A DNA stretch of 63,057 nucleotides, the filler included, from Octopus bimaculoides (taxonomy: Eukaryota): assembly GCF_001194135.2 (NCBI RefSeq). It is 5 parts of 5 records of this genome, joined end to end, with 100 filler letters (N's around TTAATTAATTAA, not from the genome) between each part and the next. Parts side by side here need not be neighbours in the genome. Positions count along the whole stretch, not along the records: positions 22,669 to 38,382 come from NC_068987.1; positions 38,483 to 44,339 come from NC_068996.1; positions 44,440 to 61,029 come from NC_068983.1; 2 more parts are not named here. One strand, 5' to 3'. Shown one piece after another: positions 36,641 through 49,392 of the stretch. Position 1 is the stretch's first letter. Each line of letters opens with the position of its first letter. Position numbers and translations under genes: made by a program. Below the pieces are notes generated by a model. The model had not been told where the DNA came from. It did no database searches and saw nothing but the letters and a program-made list of their open reading frames with translations.

Positions 36641-37870
36641 AAGTCAGTGAGCTAGCACAATAGTTAGCACGCCGACGAAATGCTTAGCGGAATTTCGTCC
36701 GTTCACGTTCTGAGTCAAAATTCTGCCGAGATCGACTTTTAGGGGTCGATTAAATAAGTACTAGTGATGCAGTGGGGTCGATGTAGTCGACTAGTCGTCT
36801 TCCCCCAAATTTCAGGCCTTGTATCTGCCGTAGAAAGCATTATTATCATTACTAAGGTTGCCAGGTAAGCCGGGCGAAATGCATAGCTGTATTTGTCTGC
36901 CGCTACGTTCTCAGTTCAAATTCCGCCGAGTTCGACTTTGCCTTTCATCCTTTCGGAGTCGATTAAATAAGTACCAGTTACGCACTAGGATCGATGTAAT
37001 CGACTTAATCACTTCCCCCAAATGTGAGGCCTTGTGCTTCCAATAGAAAAGATTATTAAGGTGTCGAGTTGGAGAATCGTTAGCATACTGGACGAAATGC
37101 TTAGCGGTATTTCGCACATCGTTCTGTGTTCAAATTCCGCCGAGGCCTACTTCACCTTTCCTTCTTTTGAGTCGATAAATTAAGTACCAGTGAAACACTG
37201 GGGTCCATGTAATTGACTAGTCCCCTTTCCCCAACTGTCAGGCCTTGTGCCTTTAGTAGAAAGAATTATTATAATTATTAAGGCAGGATAAGGCGGCGAG
37301 CTGAAAGAATTGTTAGGATGCTGGATAAAATGTTTAGCGGTAATTCGCCCATCATTTCGCTCTGAGTTCAAATTCCGCCGAGGTCTACTTTACCTTTCAT
37401 TCTGTAGGGTTGATAAATTAAGTACCAGGGGAATACTGGAGTCGATGTAATTGACTAGTCCCCTGCCCCAAAATTTCAGGCCTTGTGCCTATACTAGAAA
37501 GGATTAGTATTATTATTAAAAAGTGGTGCAATCGTTAGCATACCGGGGAAAATACTTAGCAGCATTTCATCCGTCGTTACGTTCTGAGTTCAAATTCTGC
37601 CGGGGTCGACTTTGTTGCACATTATTTTGTGGCTGATAAAATCAGTGCCTGTTGAGCCCTGGATTCGACGTATTCGATTTATTCACTCCCCAGAAATTAC
37701 TGGCCTTCTGCCAAAATTTGAAACCATTTTTACGAAAATGAACTGGTAGATTTATTTGTGCGACGAAAAATAAAATGTTTTGAGGTATTTGTTCTGTCAC
37801 TTTATGTTTTGTGCTCAAGTTTCATTTTATCGTTTCGGAGCTGATAAAATAAAGTACTAGTCAAGTACTG
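36640..37870 (+). repeat. Head-to-tail array of about six family-A SINE monomers
   Basis: Monomer starts at ~36640, 36853, 37057, 37290, 37520 and 37740 (most decayed), with (TTA)n joints. Confidence 0.85.
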
Positions 37871-38044
37871 GAAGCGATGCTGTTACAGTTCTTGTGATAA
37901 AATTTGAAACTCTTATCATGAGTGTTATCTAAGGAGAGTCTCTCCCTAGTATTAAAACTGAAGTTCAGAATAACAAAACTTGTGACTATAGTGATACTTG
38001 TAAAGAATGTCAGTAGAATATTATCATGAATATAGAATATTACT

Positions 38045-38382
38045 ATAGGTGCAGCAGTAGCTGTGTGGTAAGTAGCTTGCTTACCAACCACATGGTTCCG
38101 GCTTCAGTCCCACTGCGTGGCACTTTGGGCAAGCGTCTTCTACTATAGTCTCGGGCCGACCAAAGCCTTGTGAGTGGATTTGGTAGACGGAAACTGAAAG
38201 AAGTCCGTCATATATATATATGTATATGTATATGAATATATGGGTGTGTGTTTGTGTGTCTGTGTTTGTCCCCCCCCCCCCAACATCACTTGACAACCGA
38301 TGCTGGTGTGTTTACGTCCCCATAACTTAGCGGTTCGGCAAAAGAGCCCGACAGAATAAGTACTAGGCTTACAAAGAATAAG
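38045..38382 (+). mobile_element. Family-B SINE running into a linker
   Basis: Same head, core and tail as 18896-19290. Confidence 0.9.
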
Positions 38383-38482
38383 NNNNNNNNNNNNNNNNNN
38401 NNNNNNNNNNNNNNNNNNNNNNNNNNTTAATTAATTAANNNNNNNNNNNNNNNNNNNNNNNNNNNNNNNNNNNNNNNNNNNN
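38383..38482. other. Assembly linker (artefact)
   Basis: N44-TTAATTAATTAA-N44. Confidence 0.95.
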
Positions 38483-39235
38483 CTCTGAGTTCAAATTCCG
38501 CCGAGGTCCACTTTGCCTTTCATCCTTTCGGGGTTGATTAAATAAGTACCAGTTACGCACTGGGGTCGATATTATCGACTTAGTCCCTTTGTCTGTCCTT
38601 GTTTGTCCCCTCTGTGTTTAGCCCCTTGTGGGCAGTAAAGAAATAAGAAGCTTGCTTCCCAGCCACATGGTTTCGGGTTCAGTTCTACTGCGTGGCACCT
38701 TTGGCAAGTGTCTTCTACTATAGCCTCAGGCTGACTAAAGCCTTGTGAGCGGATTTGGTAGGCGGAAACTGAACGGAGTCCGTAGTATAAACACACACAC
38801 ACAAATATAAATATATATATAAAGTATAATAAAGAAAGGAAAAATAGAAGCCTAGACGTTACTTTATTCCAAGTTGGTACATATATCCAATAAAAACTCT
38901 ACAAGTTGTTTTCAAGCCTAATAATTCAAAATAAAACGAAATATAATCCTTTTGAAATCACAAATTAGGATTTTCCTCCGGAACTCATGAATGAGTTCTA
39001 CCAAAAAAAATATGAAGACCTTTACAATAGCACAGAAAGGAGAAAACAATTAAATTATGACAGAAAGAAATTAACCCGACGCCAGAATTATCAAAAATAG
39101 AAAAATATATAAATCCACTTCAGCGTTTAATTCAAATGACAATTCGCAATATATAAATTCTTGGTAACGACATCTGCGATTACCTTATATACAAAGCAAA
39201 AAAGAAAAGAGATAATCAACCTACAGATAAGTTAA

Positions 39236-39627
39236 TGACTGTGGTAAGTAGCTTGCTTTCCAACCACATGGTTCCGGGTTCAGTCCTACTGCGTTGCACC
39301 TTGGGCAAGTGTCTTCTACTATAGCCTCGGACCGACCAAAGCCTCGTGAGTGGATTTGGTAGATGGAAACTGAAAGAAGCCTGTCGTATATATGTGTGTG
39401 TGTGTGTGTTTGTGTGTGCGTGTTTGTGTGTCCGTGTTTGTCCCCCACCATCGCTTGACAACCGATGCTGGTGTGTTTACGTCTCCGTAATCTAGCGGTT
39501 CAGTAAAAGTCACCGATAGAATAAGTACTAGGCTTACAAAGAATAAGTCCTGGGGTCAATTTGCTCGACTAAAGGCGGTGCTCCAGCATGGCCGCAGTCA
39601 AATGACTGAAACAAGCAAAAGAATAAA
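39236..39627 (+). mobile_element. Family-B SINE, near full length
   Basis: Head at ~39236; tail GCTCCAGCATGGCCGCAGTCAAATGACTGAAACAAGCAAAAGAATAAA. Confidence 0.9.
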
Positions 39628-39959
39628 NNNNNNNNNNNNNNNNNNNNNNNNNNNNNNNNNNNNNNNNNNNNNNNNNGCTAAGAATTATAGAGTTAACTAA
39701 TTAAAAAATTAAAAATCAATACAATAATTCAAAGTTGATATGATTTTAAACGAAAAAGAATTTCGTTCATTTACAAATGACTTCTGTCAAGTAAAACAGA
39801 GTAGTTTCCCTTACATATAACAACAAATAAAAACAAGTGCAAAATAATTACAGGAATCTTCCTTCCATTTCAAGATAAACCAAAATTAAAACTCTAATAG
39901 TTTAAAATTTAAGATTTAAAACAAAAGAAGCTTATTACTAAAATAATAATATAAATTAA

Positions 39960-40772
39960 AATAAAAAGAACATCCCGACATCACTGGATCACTATCATTA
40001 CTTGACTTCAATCTGAATATAACGGAAGAAGGGGGGATCCACACCGAGTTCTGCAGGAAAGCAGCCAGTAGAGATATGTTTGTCCAGTACAATTCAGCAC
40101 TTCCACTCGGTGCCGAAATAGGATACGCCAGAAATGAACTTGCACGCATCCAGGATAAGTACAGCAGAACGGAGGACAAGGTGACCTACACTACACACTT
40201 CCTAGATATATTGAGAACCAACGGGTATCCTAGATCTATTGTAAACCGGCTTAAGTATCCAAGACGACCAACACACCGAACGCATAGAAAACCCAGCAAC
40301 ACATGCTTCCTTAAAATACCCCATTTTATCGAGAGGGTAACTACGACCATCCGAAGAGCCATAAGAAGAGAAGGGCTAGACATATAATTAGCCCTCTCTG
40401 AGAGGACACATTGCAAAGAAACGAACAAGGGACAACAATCAATGCACACTAACAAATTTCCCATCCGTGACACAGATTTATGCCAACGGGTAAATGTTGT
40501 GTATAGAATACAATGTAACATGCAACAAGTTCTATGTGCGTAGCACAACAAGACCGTTACACGTCCCCATCAAAGAACATCTGAACACAATAGCCTTCTC
40601 CTTCAGAAAACACCTAGACACATGCCGGAACACTGACAAAAGCATAACAGTCACAATTGAGGCGAATGAAAGAAATTTGGGTACCTTAAGAATTAAAGAA
40701 GCTATGCTCATACACAAACTAGGACCCCAAATTAACAACAGGCTGGAGGTTGGTAATCAATATATTATTTAG
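39960..40772 (+). mobile_element. Penelope-like element, RT C-terminus plus GIY-YIG endonuclease, 5'-truncated
   Basis: FVQYNSALP...YARNELARI...LRTNGYPRSIV...FLKIPHF, then NVVYRIQC / CNKFYVRSTTRPLHVPIKEH...LRIKEAMLIHKLGPQINNR (VVY-I-C...YVG-T-R-L--R--EH pattern). Confidence 0.88.
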
Positions 40773-41059
40773 CTACATCTGGATGCATGTAGGTTCATTT
40801 CTGATATGCTCATCTATTGCTTATAACAAAAAAAAACGAAAAGAGGGGAAAAAAAGGAGGAAAAAGGAAGCTGTACGTATAATAACTTAGAAGCAGCGCT
40901 ACAGATGTACCAACGCACACGAGATTGAGACATAGCCGACCTCATGCACTTCTCATGAGGAATTCCAGAAGGAGCTTCGTGAAGCCGTTGGAAAACCGAT
41001 TATAGCAGCGACTCCATCTAAGAATATCTGGGCACGTCAAATCTCTCCTACAACATTTC

Positions 41060-43575
41060 ACCTTATCGTGCTTTTTCATCAGAGACTACGTTTCGAACAA
41101 GTCATTTATGGTCGACACAGGATCGAGTTGCAGTGTTTGGCCCTTAAGGTTCATCTCAAGCGAGCCGAATCTTTATATGCGGTGAATCAGTCTCCCATCA
41201 CGACTTATGGTCAGTTATCTTTATCATTGGACCTATCCTTACGCGGGACTTTAAGTGGATTTTTACCATTGCCGACCTTCCTCACCCGATCCTCGGAGCC
41301 GACTTCCTGCAGCCTTATTCTCTTTTAGTGAATGTTAGAGGGCGCTGACTTCTTGATGGTACTACTTCCTTCTCTGTCTCCAGGAAGAACTCTGCTGTTC
41401 CTACGATGAGCCCTTCTTTACTTGTGGCTGCTTCTGGGTACGCTTACCTCCAGTTACTCGCTTCGTTTCCAAATTTGACCAACTTGACCGTCCATCCAAT
41501 GGATTCAGTACACTCTACGAAACATTTTATAACGATCAAAGGACCTCTAGTGTTTTCTAGACCTCGTCGTTTGTCTCCTGAGAAATTCCAGACCGCCCGG
41601 TATGGAGTCGAGCAATATGCTCCAGCTGGGTCTTATTCGTCCCTCCACGAGCCCGTGGGCAGCACCTTTATACATGGCGAGGAAGAATGAAGCTGTCTTT
41701 CGTCCGATGGCAGATTTTAAACGTCTTAATGCTGTCACTATTCCAGACCGTTATCCGCTACCCCATTTTCAGGTTTTTTCTTCTACCTTGCATGGCTGTA
41801 AGAATTTTTTCTTAAATCCACCTGGTAGGCGCGTACCATCAACTCCGTACCATCAATCCTGTCAACCTGATTACATTACAAAGACAGCTGTTACTACTCC
41901 CTTTGGAGCGTTTGAGTTCTTGTCTATGCCTTTTGGTCTTCGAAATGCGGCCAGCACGTTCCAGAGGTTCGTTGATGAGGTTGTTCGTGGGTTGGACTTT
42001 GTCTTCGCATATATCGATGACCTCTTAATCGCAAATAGTACTCCGACCAGCATTCCAGCATTTAACCCGACTGTTCAAGCGTCTGCGTTTCTGTGATGTG
42101 AAGATCAACCTGTCCAAGTGTTTATTTGGTTCTACCAGCCTGGAATTCTTGGGGCATCTTATTGATGCCGACTGCATTCGTCCGCTGCCCTCTAAAGTGA
42201 AGCCATCAAACGCTTGTCTCCTCCCGTGTCTTTGAAGCTGTTTCGCCATTTGNNNNNNNNNNGGGGGGGGGGGCTGATCAACTTCTATCGTCTCTTCATC
42301 TCTAACTGCGCGGAGAAGTTGCTTCCCTTGACCCAGCTTTTGAAAGATCAAAGAGAGATGCAACCATTTCAATGTCCCTTGACGCTACGCAAGCTTTTGA
42401 AAACATTAAGGCCGATCTTGCTCAAATTTATTTTCTTGCACATCCTGTTTCTGATGCCAGACTGTCTTTAATGGTTGACGAATCCGACCTAGCTGTGGGA
42501 GCAGTTTTATAGCAATCCGTCAACGGTCAGACCCAACCACTAGCTTTCTTTTCTCGCCAGTTCAAATCTGCCGAATTACGGTAAAGTATTGTCGGAAAGG
42601 AACTCTTCGCAATTTATCTCGCTGTGGTGGTAGAGGATTACAAACCGCTAACGTCTACTTTGTTTACCAAAGTTGATCGATACTAGCCGAGAGAAACAAG
42701 GCATCTCGATTTCATATCCCAATTTATTAGTCACATTCGCCACATCGCCGGCACCGACAACATACCCGCAGAGCCCTGTTTTGTCTTCCTGTTTGTTCCT
42801 TGTTGTCTCCTGCCTCGATATATTTGGTCGCCATGGCTACCGACCAACCTTCCTTGGACTCGACGTCATATCACCACAGTTTTCCTGCTGCAAATTGGAG
42901 CACCTACCTCTTTCATGTTCCGAAGGAACCATACTCTGCAATGCTTCTACGGGGTCACTCCAACCTCTCGTTCCCTCGTTCCTGAGCATCACCACCGTCC
43001 TGTTTTTAACGCCCTGCATTCGCTCTCACACCCAGGTATTGCGACCACAGTAAAGCTTATTTCGGCTCGATTTTTGTTGCTGAATATGCGTTGGATTATT
43101 ACTGCCTGATCACGCGCCTGTCTGCAGTGTCAACGCTTTAAGGTGCATCGTCACGCCCGAGCACCTTTTAGACATTTCAATCTACTGGACACCGGGTTCC
43201 GACACATTCACATCGACCTGGTTGGTCCTTGACTCGTCAGTTTTGGGTTCACGTATATCCTAACCTGCATTGTTCCAGAGCCCTCATTTCGGGTTGGATC
43301 GCTTGTTTTGGAGCACCTTCCAGGATTATAACGCAAGTTTGAAGCTTGCTTGTTCCGCGAACTATCGAGATTACTCGGAGTTCAGCATATTCACACGACG
43401 AGTTACCACTCAGCTGCAAACAGGATGGTGGAACATTTCCATAGACTGCTTAAAGCCGCAGTTCGTGCTGTTCCCGACCCTCAACGCTGGTCTGAAATTC
43501 TTTCCATTGTCCTGCTGAGTTGCCGATCAGCTGTAAAGGAGGATCTAGACTACTCCTCCTCTGAACTTTTTTCAG
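41060..43575 (+). mobile_element. Decayed Ty3/gypsy pol (protease, RT, RNase H, integrase)
   Basis: IADLPHPILGADFL (protease end), IRPSTSPWAAPLYM...DFKRLNAVTIPDRYPLP...TAVTTPFGAFEFLSMPFGLRNAASTFQRF...FAYIDDLLIA, HPGIATTVKLIS, HIHTTSYHSAANRMVEHFHRLLKAA; no LTR recognised. Confidence 0.92.
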
Positions 43576-43580
43576 ACTTA

Positions 43581-44025
43581 GCCAATATGGAAGGGAATAT
43601 GGCAACTGCTCTTTATTGTCGGAGGTGGATTAGCACAACCGGTCAGGGGCTGCTGTGAAAAAGGTGGTGAAACGAAAAAGGAGCAGATGATTAGGTTATA
43701 AGTTATGTCCTTTGGCTGAGTATGTTATGAAGCCGGCAAGAGTTATCTTGAAGTGGGGAAAGTGTGTATTATTGACGCGGTGCTCCTGTAGGGATGGGGT
43801 GTGTGGTATGTGTAGCTGTATCATATGTATAATTATTTATTACACTTCCCCCACTTCAAGATAATGCTTGCCTGCTTCACAGCATACCCAACCAAGGGAC
43901 ATAACTCCTAACCTAATGCCTGGCTCTTTTTCGTTTCACCACCTTTTTCACAGCAGCCGCTGACCGGTTGTGCTAATCCACCTCCGACAATAGAGAGCGG
44001 TCATCATATTTCCTTCCATATCGAC
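43581..44025. mobile_element. TA-flanked fold-back MITE with ~185-bp arms
   Basis: 43581-43765 is the imperfect reverse complement of 43842-44025 (e.g. ATTGTCGGAGGTGGATTAGCACAACCGGTCAG); TA at 43579-80 and 44026-27. Confidence 0.85.
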
Positions 44026-44201
44026 TAACTTTGATGAGCATAAAGTTATATAATCCGATTCTTACCTAACACGCCATTGTATTCTTTACGCGAAAACGAT
44101 TTGTAAGATCAGCCGTGATGGATATTTAATACTATACATTTCGGATAATATACCCACCCTACGGACAGATATACGAGTGCATCTTTTCCCTTCACATGTA
44201 A

Positions 44202-44246
<45 letters not shown>

Positions 44247-44308
44247 AGACTATATCGTCATCTAAAATACCGATATATATATATTTGTGTGTGTGTGTGT
44301 GTATGTAT

Positions 44309-44339
<31 letters not shown>

Positions 44340-44439
44340 NNNNNNNNNNNNNNNNNNNNNNNNNNNNNNNNNNNNNNNNNNNNTTAATTAATTAANNNNN
44401 NNNNNNNNNNNNNNNNNNNNNNNNNNNNNNNNNNNNNNN
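44340..44439. other. Assembly linker (artefact)
   Basis: N44-TTAATTAATTAA-N44. Confidence 0.95.
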
Positions 44440-44499
<60 letters not shown>

Positions 44500-44989
44500 A
44501 CATACACGCATTTACAAACGTACACAGGAAATCACGTGTTTAAAATGGTACATAGCAGACATATGTATATGTGTATGTATGTATATATATGTATGTACGT
44601 TTGTTTGTGTGTCTGTGTGTGAGTGTTTGTTTGAATGAATAGCAGAATTCCACCTACCCCCTCTCTCCTTAAAACTACGTATTCCTCACATCCACCTTTC
44701 ATTCCCTTCCTCAGCATTTTAAAAACTACTTACGTGTTCGTGCATGTGTGAGTGTGTTTGTGCTTGTGTGTGTTTGTGTGTTTGTGTGTGTGCATGCATG
44801 TATGTATGTATTTACGAAAGTATGTATTCAGCGCTGAGTGTATATCCGTGAATGGCAGATGCATTAACGTAATCACCCCACTCACACTCCATATTTGTCG
44901 TTTATACAACACTGTTCTCTCCATTCCTGATATCAGCCATTATCAATATGCCCCCACATTTCCCTCATACTGACACATTTTCACTTTTC

Positions 44990-45225
44990 TGATTTTAACA
45001 AATAATAGCCTAACCCACTAGGAGATCTCTTATAGATTTTTATTAAAATCCTATGATTGAATTGGATGTTAGCCTATAATTGAACTAGATGTTAGCTTAT
45101 AAGTGAACTTCGTATAAGTTCAACATGTATGCAAAGTTTCGTGAAGATTGGTTCACTGGTGTAGGCATCAAAATGGTAATAGATAGATCGACAGACGGAA
45201 ATTGCCATTTATATATAAAATGTAT
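44990..45225 (-). mobile_element. Non-autonomous Helitron/HINE-like fragment
   Basis: CAAAGTTTCGTGAAGATTGGTTCACTGGTGTAGG...GACAGACGGAAATTGCCATTTATATATA resembles recalled ends of non-autonomous Helitrons. Confidence 0.45.
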
Positions 45226-45719
45226 AGAAAGATACACATAAAAACATGTATGCGCGCATGTGTGTGTTTAGATATACAGGTCAATATAACTACCTACCAA
45301 TCTATCCACAGGGATTGAACAAAGTAACGTAACTACTAAATTATTTTTCTTTTTTCTAGTATTGGTAATATAACAAACTTCAAACTGCCTTAATTTGTAT
45401 ACACGAGTTTACCTTAGGAATATTTTATCTATATCTTATACCCATGATTATAGCCCTGTTTTTGTGGGTAGGAATGCTGCAGTTATTTAAGGGAAAATCC
45501 AGGATATATCTGATTTCCAAGGCGAACAAGTGGATGATGAATGTTTGCCTAGAGTTTCAGCCACAGTAAGGACTGAATTATTGAATGTTTCAAGAGGAGG
45601 AACATTCACGTAAATCACGCTGGAATTCCAAAACCGAAGTGAAACTTGCTCTGGCAATCATAATTCTGGAAAGAATGCAAAACTCAGAGAAAGTCACCAC
45701 AGAATAATAATGGGTATTG

Positions 45720-46230
45720 TGCAGGCGTGGGTGAGTGCTACGTAGCTTGCTTTCCAACAACATGGTTTCGGGTTCAGTCCTCGACTGAGTGTCTTCTATT
45801 ATAATCACTGGCCGACAAAAGCATTGTGAGTGGATTTGGTGAACGAAGATTGAAACAAGCCGCGTATATATATATATATATATNNNNNNNNNNNNNNNNN
45901 NNNNNNNNNNNNNNNNNNNNNNNNNNNNNNNNNNNNNNNNNNNNNNNNNNNNNNNNNNNNNNNNNGTGTGTGTGTGTGTGTGCGTGCGTGTATGTATGAA
46001 TGTATGTGTATTTGACTCTGTGTTTGTCTCCCCCCACAACCACTTCACAACTAGTGTTGGTGTGTTTACTTTCCTGTAAATTAGCGGTTCGGCAAACGAA
46101 ACCGACTGAATAAGCACCAAGCTTAAAAAAATACAGGGTTTGATTCATTCCACTATTTTTTTTTCAAGGCGATGCTCTAGCATGGCCGCAGTCTAATGAC
46201 TGAAACAAATAAAAGATAAAAGATAAAAGG
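45720..46230 (+). mobile_element. Older family-B SINE, with a gap in its internal microsatellite
   Basis: Degenerate head and tail CTCTAGCATGGCCGCAGTCTAATGACTGAAAC followed by (AAAAGAT)n. Confidence 0.8.
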
Positions 46231-47539
46231 AAAAAAACCATCGAACTCCAACAGCAAGAGTATCGGCAGAGTTCAACTACCACCTTACCAACCCTGTATT
46301 AATTGTTCATAGAGTGCTCCATGAAACTAAATAACACAGGAATTCTGCAATTAGTAAACCCCACCATCCCCTCCCCATCAACGTTGATGAGGAGAGAAAC
46401 GTTATCTAGACTATCAGAAATGGTCAATGGTTCAATGGATCAATATCAGTTTTCGATTCTTTACTCATTAGAACAATTCATTTTAGTAACATCGTATATA
46501 ATCTCTCATACAGACTATCTCTTACGGTCACAGGCCATGTATTGTTTACGTGAATTCTGAATGTAATCCTATCAATACAATGCGAGTTTCACGATGTATA
46601 CAAATGAAAAACAGAGAGAAATTATCTTGAGTAAAACTTGACTAGGCTAATTGATTTATTAGAAGTGTTACTTGACATAGAATTAAAACATTGCTGTTCT
46701 GGTATCGATTTTAAATGCAGCCGCTTTTAAGACACAGCTTGAATTTTTCAAGATGTACTAATTTATTACATGGCTTCTTCGGAAATTAAGTAAAATAAAT
46801 CACTTTGGAAACGCATCTATCCATCCATCCATCCATCCATCCGTCCGTCTGTCTGTCTGTCTTTCTGTCTCATCTATCTAAATATCTACCTACCTACCTA
46901 CCTACCTACCTACCTGCTTAGCTAGCTAGCTAGCTAGCTACCTATCTACCTACCTACCTACCTACCTACCTACCTACCTACCTACCTACATGCATACATA
47001 CATACATACCAATCTTTCTATCCTTCTATCTATCTATCTATCTATCTACATGTATATACGAAGCATGAAACTGGCTTCTGGACTGCTAAAAGATTGTATA
47101 ATAAGCCATCTTCCACTTTTCCTGAAAAACTTTCAACACAATTCTAGGTAATTGAAGTGTTACATTTTAGAATAATTTAGTAATAAAGATGCATATATCA
47201 TGAAATTCCGCAAGGATTTTGATGCATTAAAACCTGTAGGGCATCAATTTCATAGTCTCTACAATTATCTAAGAGGTGCACTTTTGGATATTTCTCATGG
47301 CAGAATAAAACATTCATACTTTTCCGAGATATCTGAGCATCAATAATTTAAAATTTGTTTGACACCGTATGATACATTGATTGTATACACGTATTCACGG
47401 CATTACTTCAAATCAGTTATTTCTACCACTCTAAACTAAGTCAACCTCTCTAAACCTGATATATATTGACCTATATCCCTAATCTCATGTTAATAAAAAA
47501 TAGATTTACATTAATTCTTGAGTGTCTCTCTATCCTCAG

Positions 47540-47805
47540 CTGCCACTACTAATTTCCGAACGCAAATAATTCGAGGATCTCTTCTCTGTTATCCACAAAT
47601 AAATTGTATGTCCTCGAGATGATAAACATTTTGGATTTCTGCTTCACAAACAATGTGGACATCATTCATGCTGTGAAACTGACACCGACATTAGTTTCGG
47701 ATCACAACATAATAGAGCTGTCTAGGTATGGACCAAAAGTAGCCAGAGAAATACAGCCTAAAGGAAAGCTGAGAAATTCCTTAAAATCTTTGGAGTTTCT
47801 TTAAC
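47540..47805 (+). mobile_element. CR1/L2-type LINE AP endonuclease C-terminal fragment
   Basis: NILDFCFTNNVDIIHAVKLTPTLVSDHNIIEL matches the LD---TN...SDH motif. Confidence 0.65.
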
Positions 47806-48847
47806 TTTCAGAAATATATTTAAAGATGATCATTTCCTGATGTAAGAGTAGGTTTTAATATACGCCTTTGCCATTCGTATGATAATCTATAACGCGATAA
47901 CAAGAAATTCTAATCATTCTTGTGCAGTCATTAATTCTATCGTGCACGGTTTTAATTTAGGGTATATAGAGGTTCCTCTAATTTATGAAATATAATTGAT
48001 ATTTTAGTCCTATTTGTTGAAGAATTGTTTTCAGTCTACTGTGTGGTAGAATCTGAATGATGTTTAAAGAGTAAAAGAGTCGATTCGATGGATACAAAGA
48101 CCTATTGATACATTTTATCGGCCCAGTACTTGCTCGCATTATATTATATCAATTACGAAAGGATAAAAGCAAAGTTCATTCTGCTGGTATTTACGTTTGT
48201 TTTCATAATATTAAGCAACAGTCACTATACTTATTCTTCATGGAAATTGAGTTTTTCCTACATTTACTTGGTGCTTAGTGGCACTCTATTAAAATTATAT
48301 TAATTAATTTGTTTACTCTTTCCTTATTAGCTTTACTTATATGATCATATCAATCAAATGATTAGATACTTTTCTTGGGGCGACATTTCTATTTATAAAT
48401 TGAATGTATATGCGTAATAAAGAATATAAATATACGTACATTTATCGATTTTCTGCTTTGTTATCAAATGTATGTGTCTGTATTTCTGCTATATTGAACT
48501 GTATGACTCAGACATTAATAATTGTATTAGTATTGTGTAATTTGAGAATAGTAACATATACCTGATAAAATTATAATGTAATTTGTGACGATCGTAATTG
48601 GAAATGACAAAATTCACATATGATTGAGATGCTTGCATTTCGAATGTCAATTTTCCAAATAATGTTTTGGCAGTACGATAGTTATTGTATCACAAACACG
48701 CTATCTATATTTTCGCATACATTCTATTTAACATCTCAAATCTTTAAGCAACACTAGTACAAGGTAAATCCCACTTTGTCATCAAATATATGATTCCGGA
48801 ATGTATCAAATACGACTCAATTATCACAGACGTTTTAGCGATCTTAC

Positions 48848-49392
48848 ATGATTTATTATTCGCTTCAGCAAACGTGTGAAATTGCAGCTAATGAAGGAGT
48901 AGATACTCAAGAACGGTCAAATTATATGTTAAACTGTGTCTGCACCACCAACAAATTAAGAGGCCTACAGCAAAATAAAATATTTCAGATATCAAAAGAT
49001 GTAATTTCAATAAATGGTAAATTATTAGAGAATTAATTCAGAGGGTAAAGCTGTTTGCGGGTCATCATTTGTGTCACAGAAATTCCTCCAACAAAGCATA
49101 GAGATGCAGTTTACAGGGATCACCGCCGCTGATGTTAATAAAATATCAGACGTAAGGGAAAACTCGTTATTTAGAAGGCATATCTGAAATTAGATATAAA
49201 TTGTGTTAAACATTTTCCTGAAAGCAGCTCCGATACATTTCATGTGAAAAGTAAATGAATTACGTTTTGTCAGAAATACAACAAAGCACATCATTAAATA
49301 TATACCACTTGAATTATACTATATACTCTAACATAGTATTATTTGAATTAACATATGACGAAAGAGGTTGCAGCATAGTAGAATTCAAATAA
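48848..49392 (+). CDS. Candidate 157-aa ORF, join(48848..49016,49042..49151,49175..49250,49274..49392), with three 23-25-nt introns; product unknown
   Basis: Introns gtaaattattagagaattaattcag (25), gtaagggaaaactcgttatttag (23) and gtaaatgaattacgttttgtcag (23) give an uninterrupted frame from ATG to TAA. No family motif recognised; may instead be a frameshifted relic or chance. Confidence 0.35.

Noticed and set aside
48481-48880. Long frame readable with TAA/TAG=Gln (ciliate code)
   Set aside because: About 8 stops in 133 codons, including TGA, is near random expectation for this composition; the adjacent ORF uses only CAA/CAG for Gln.
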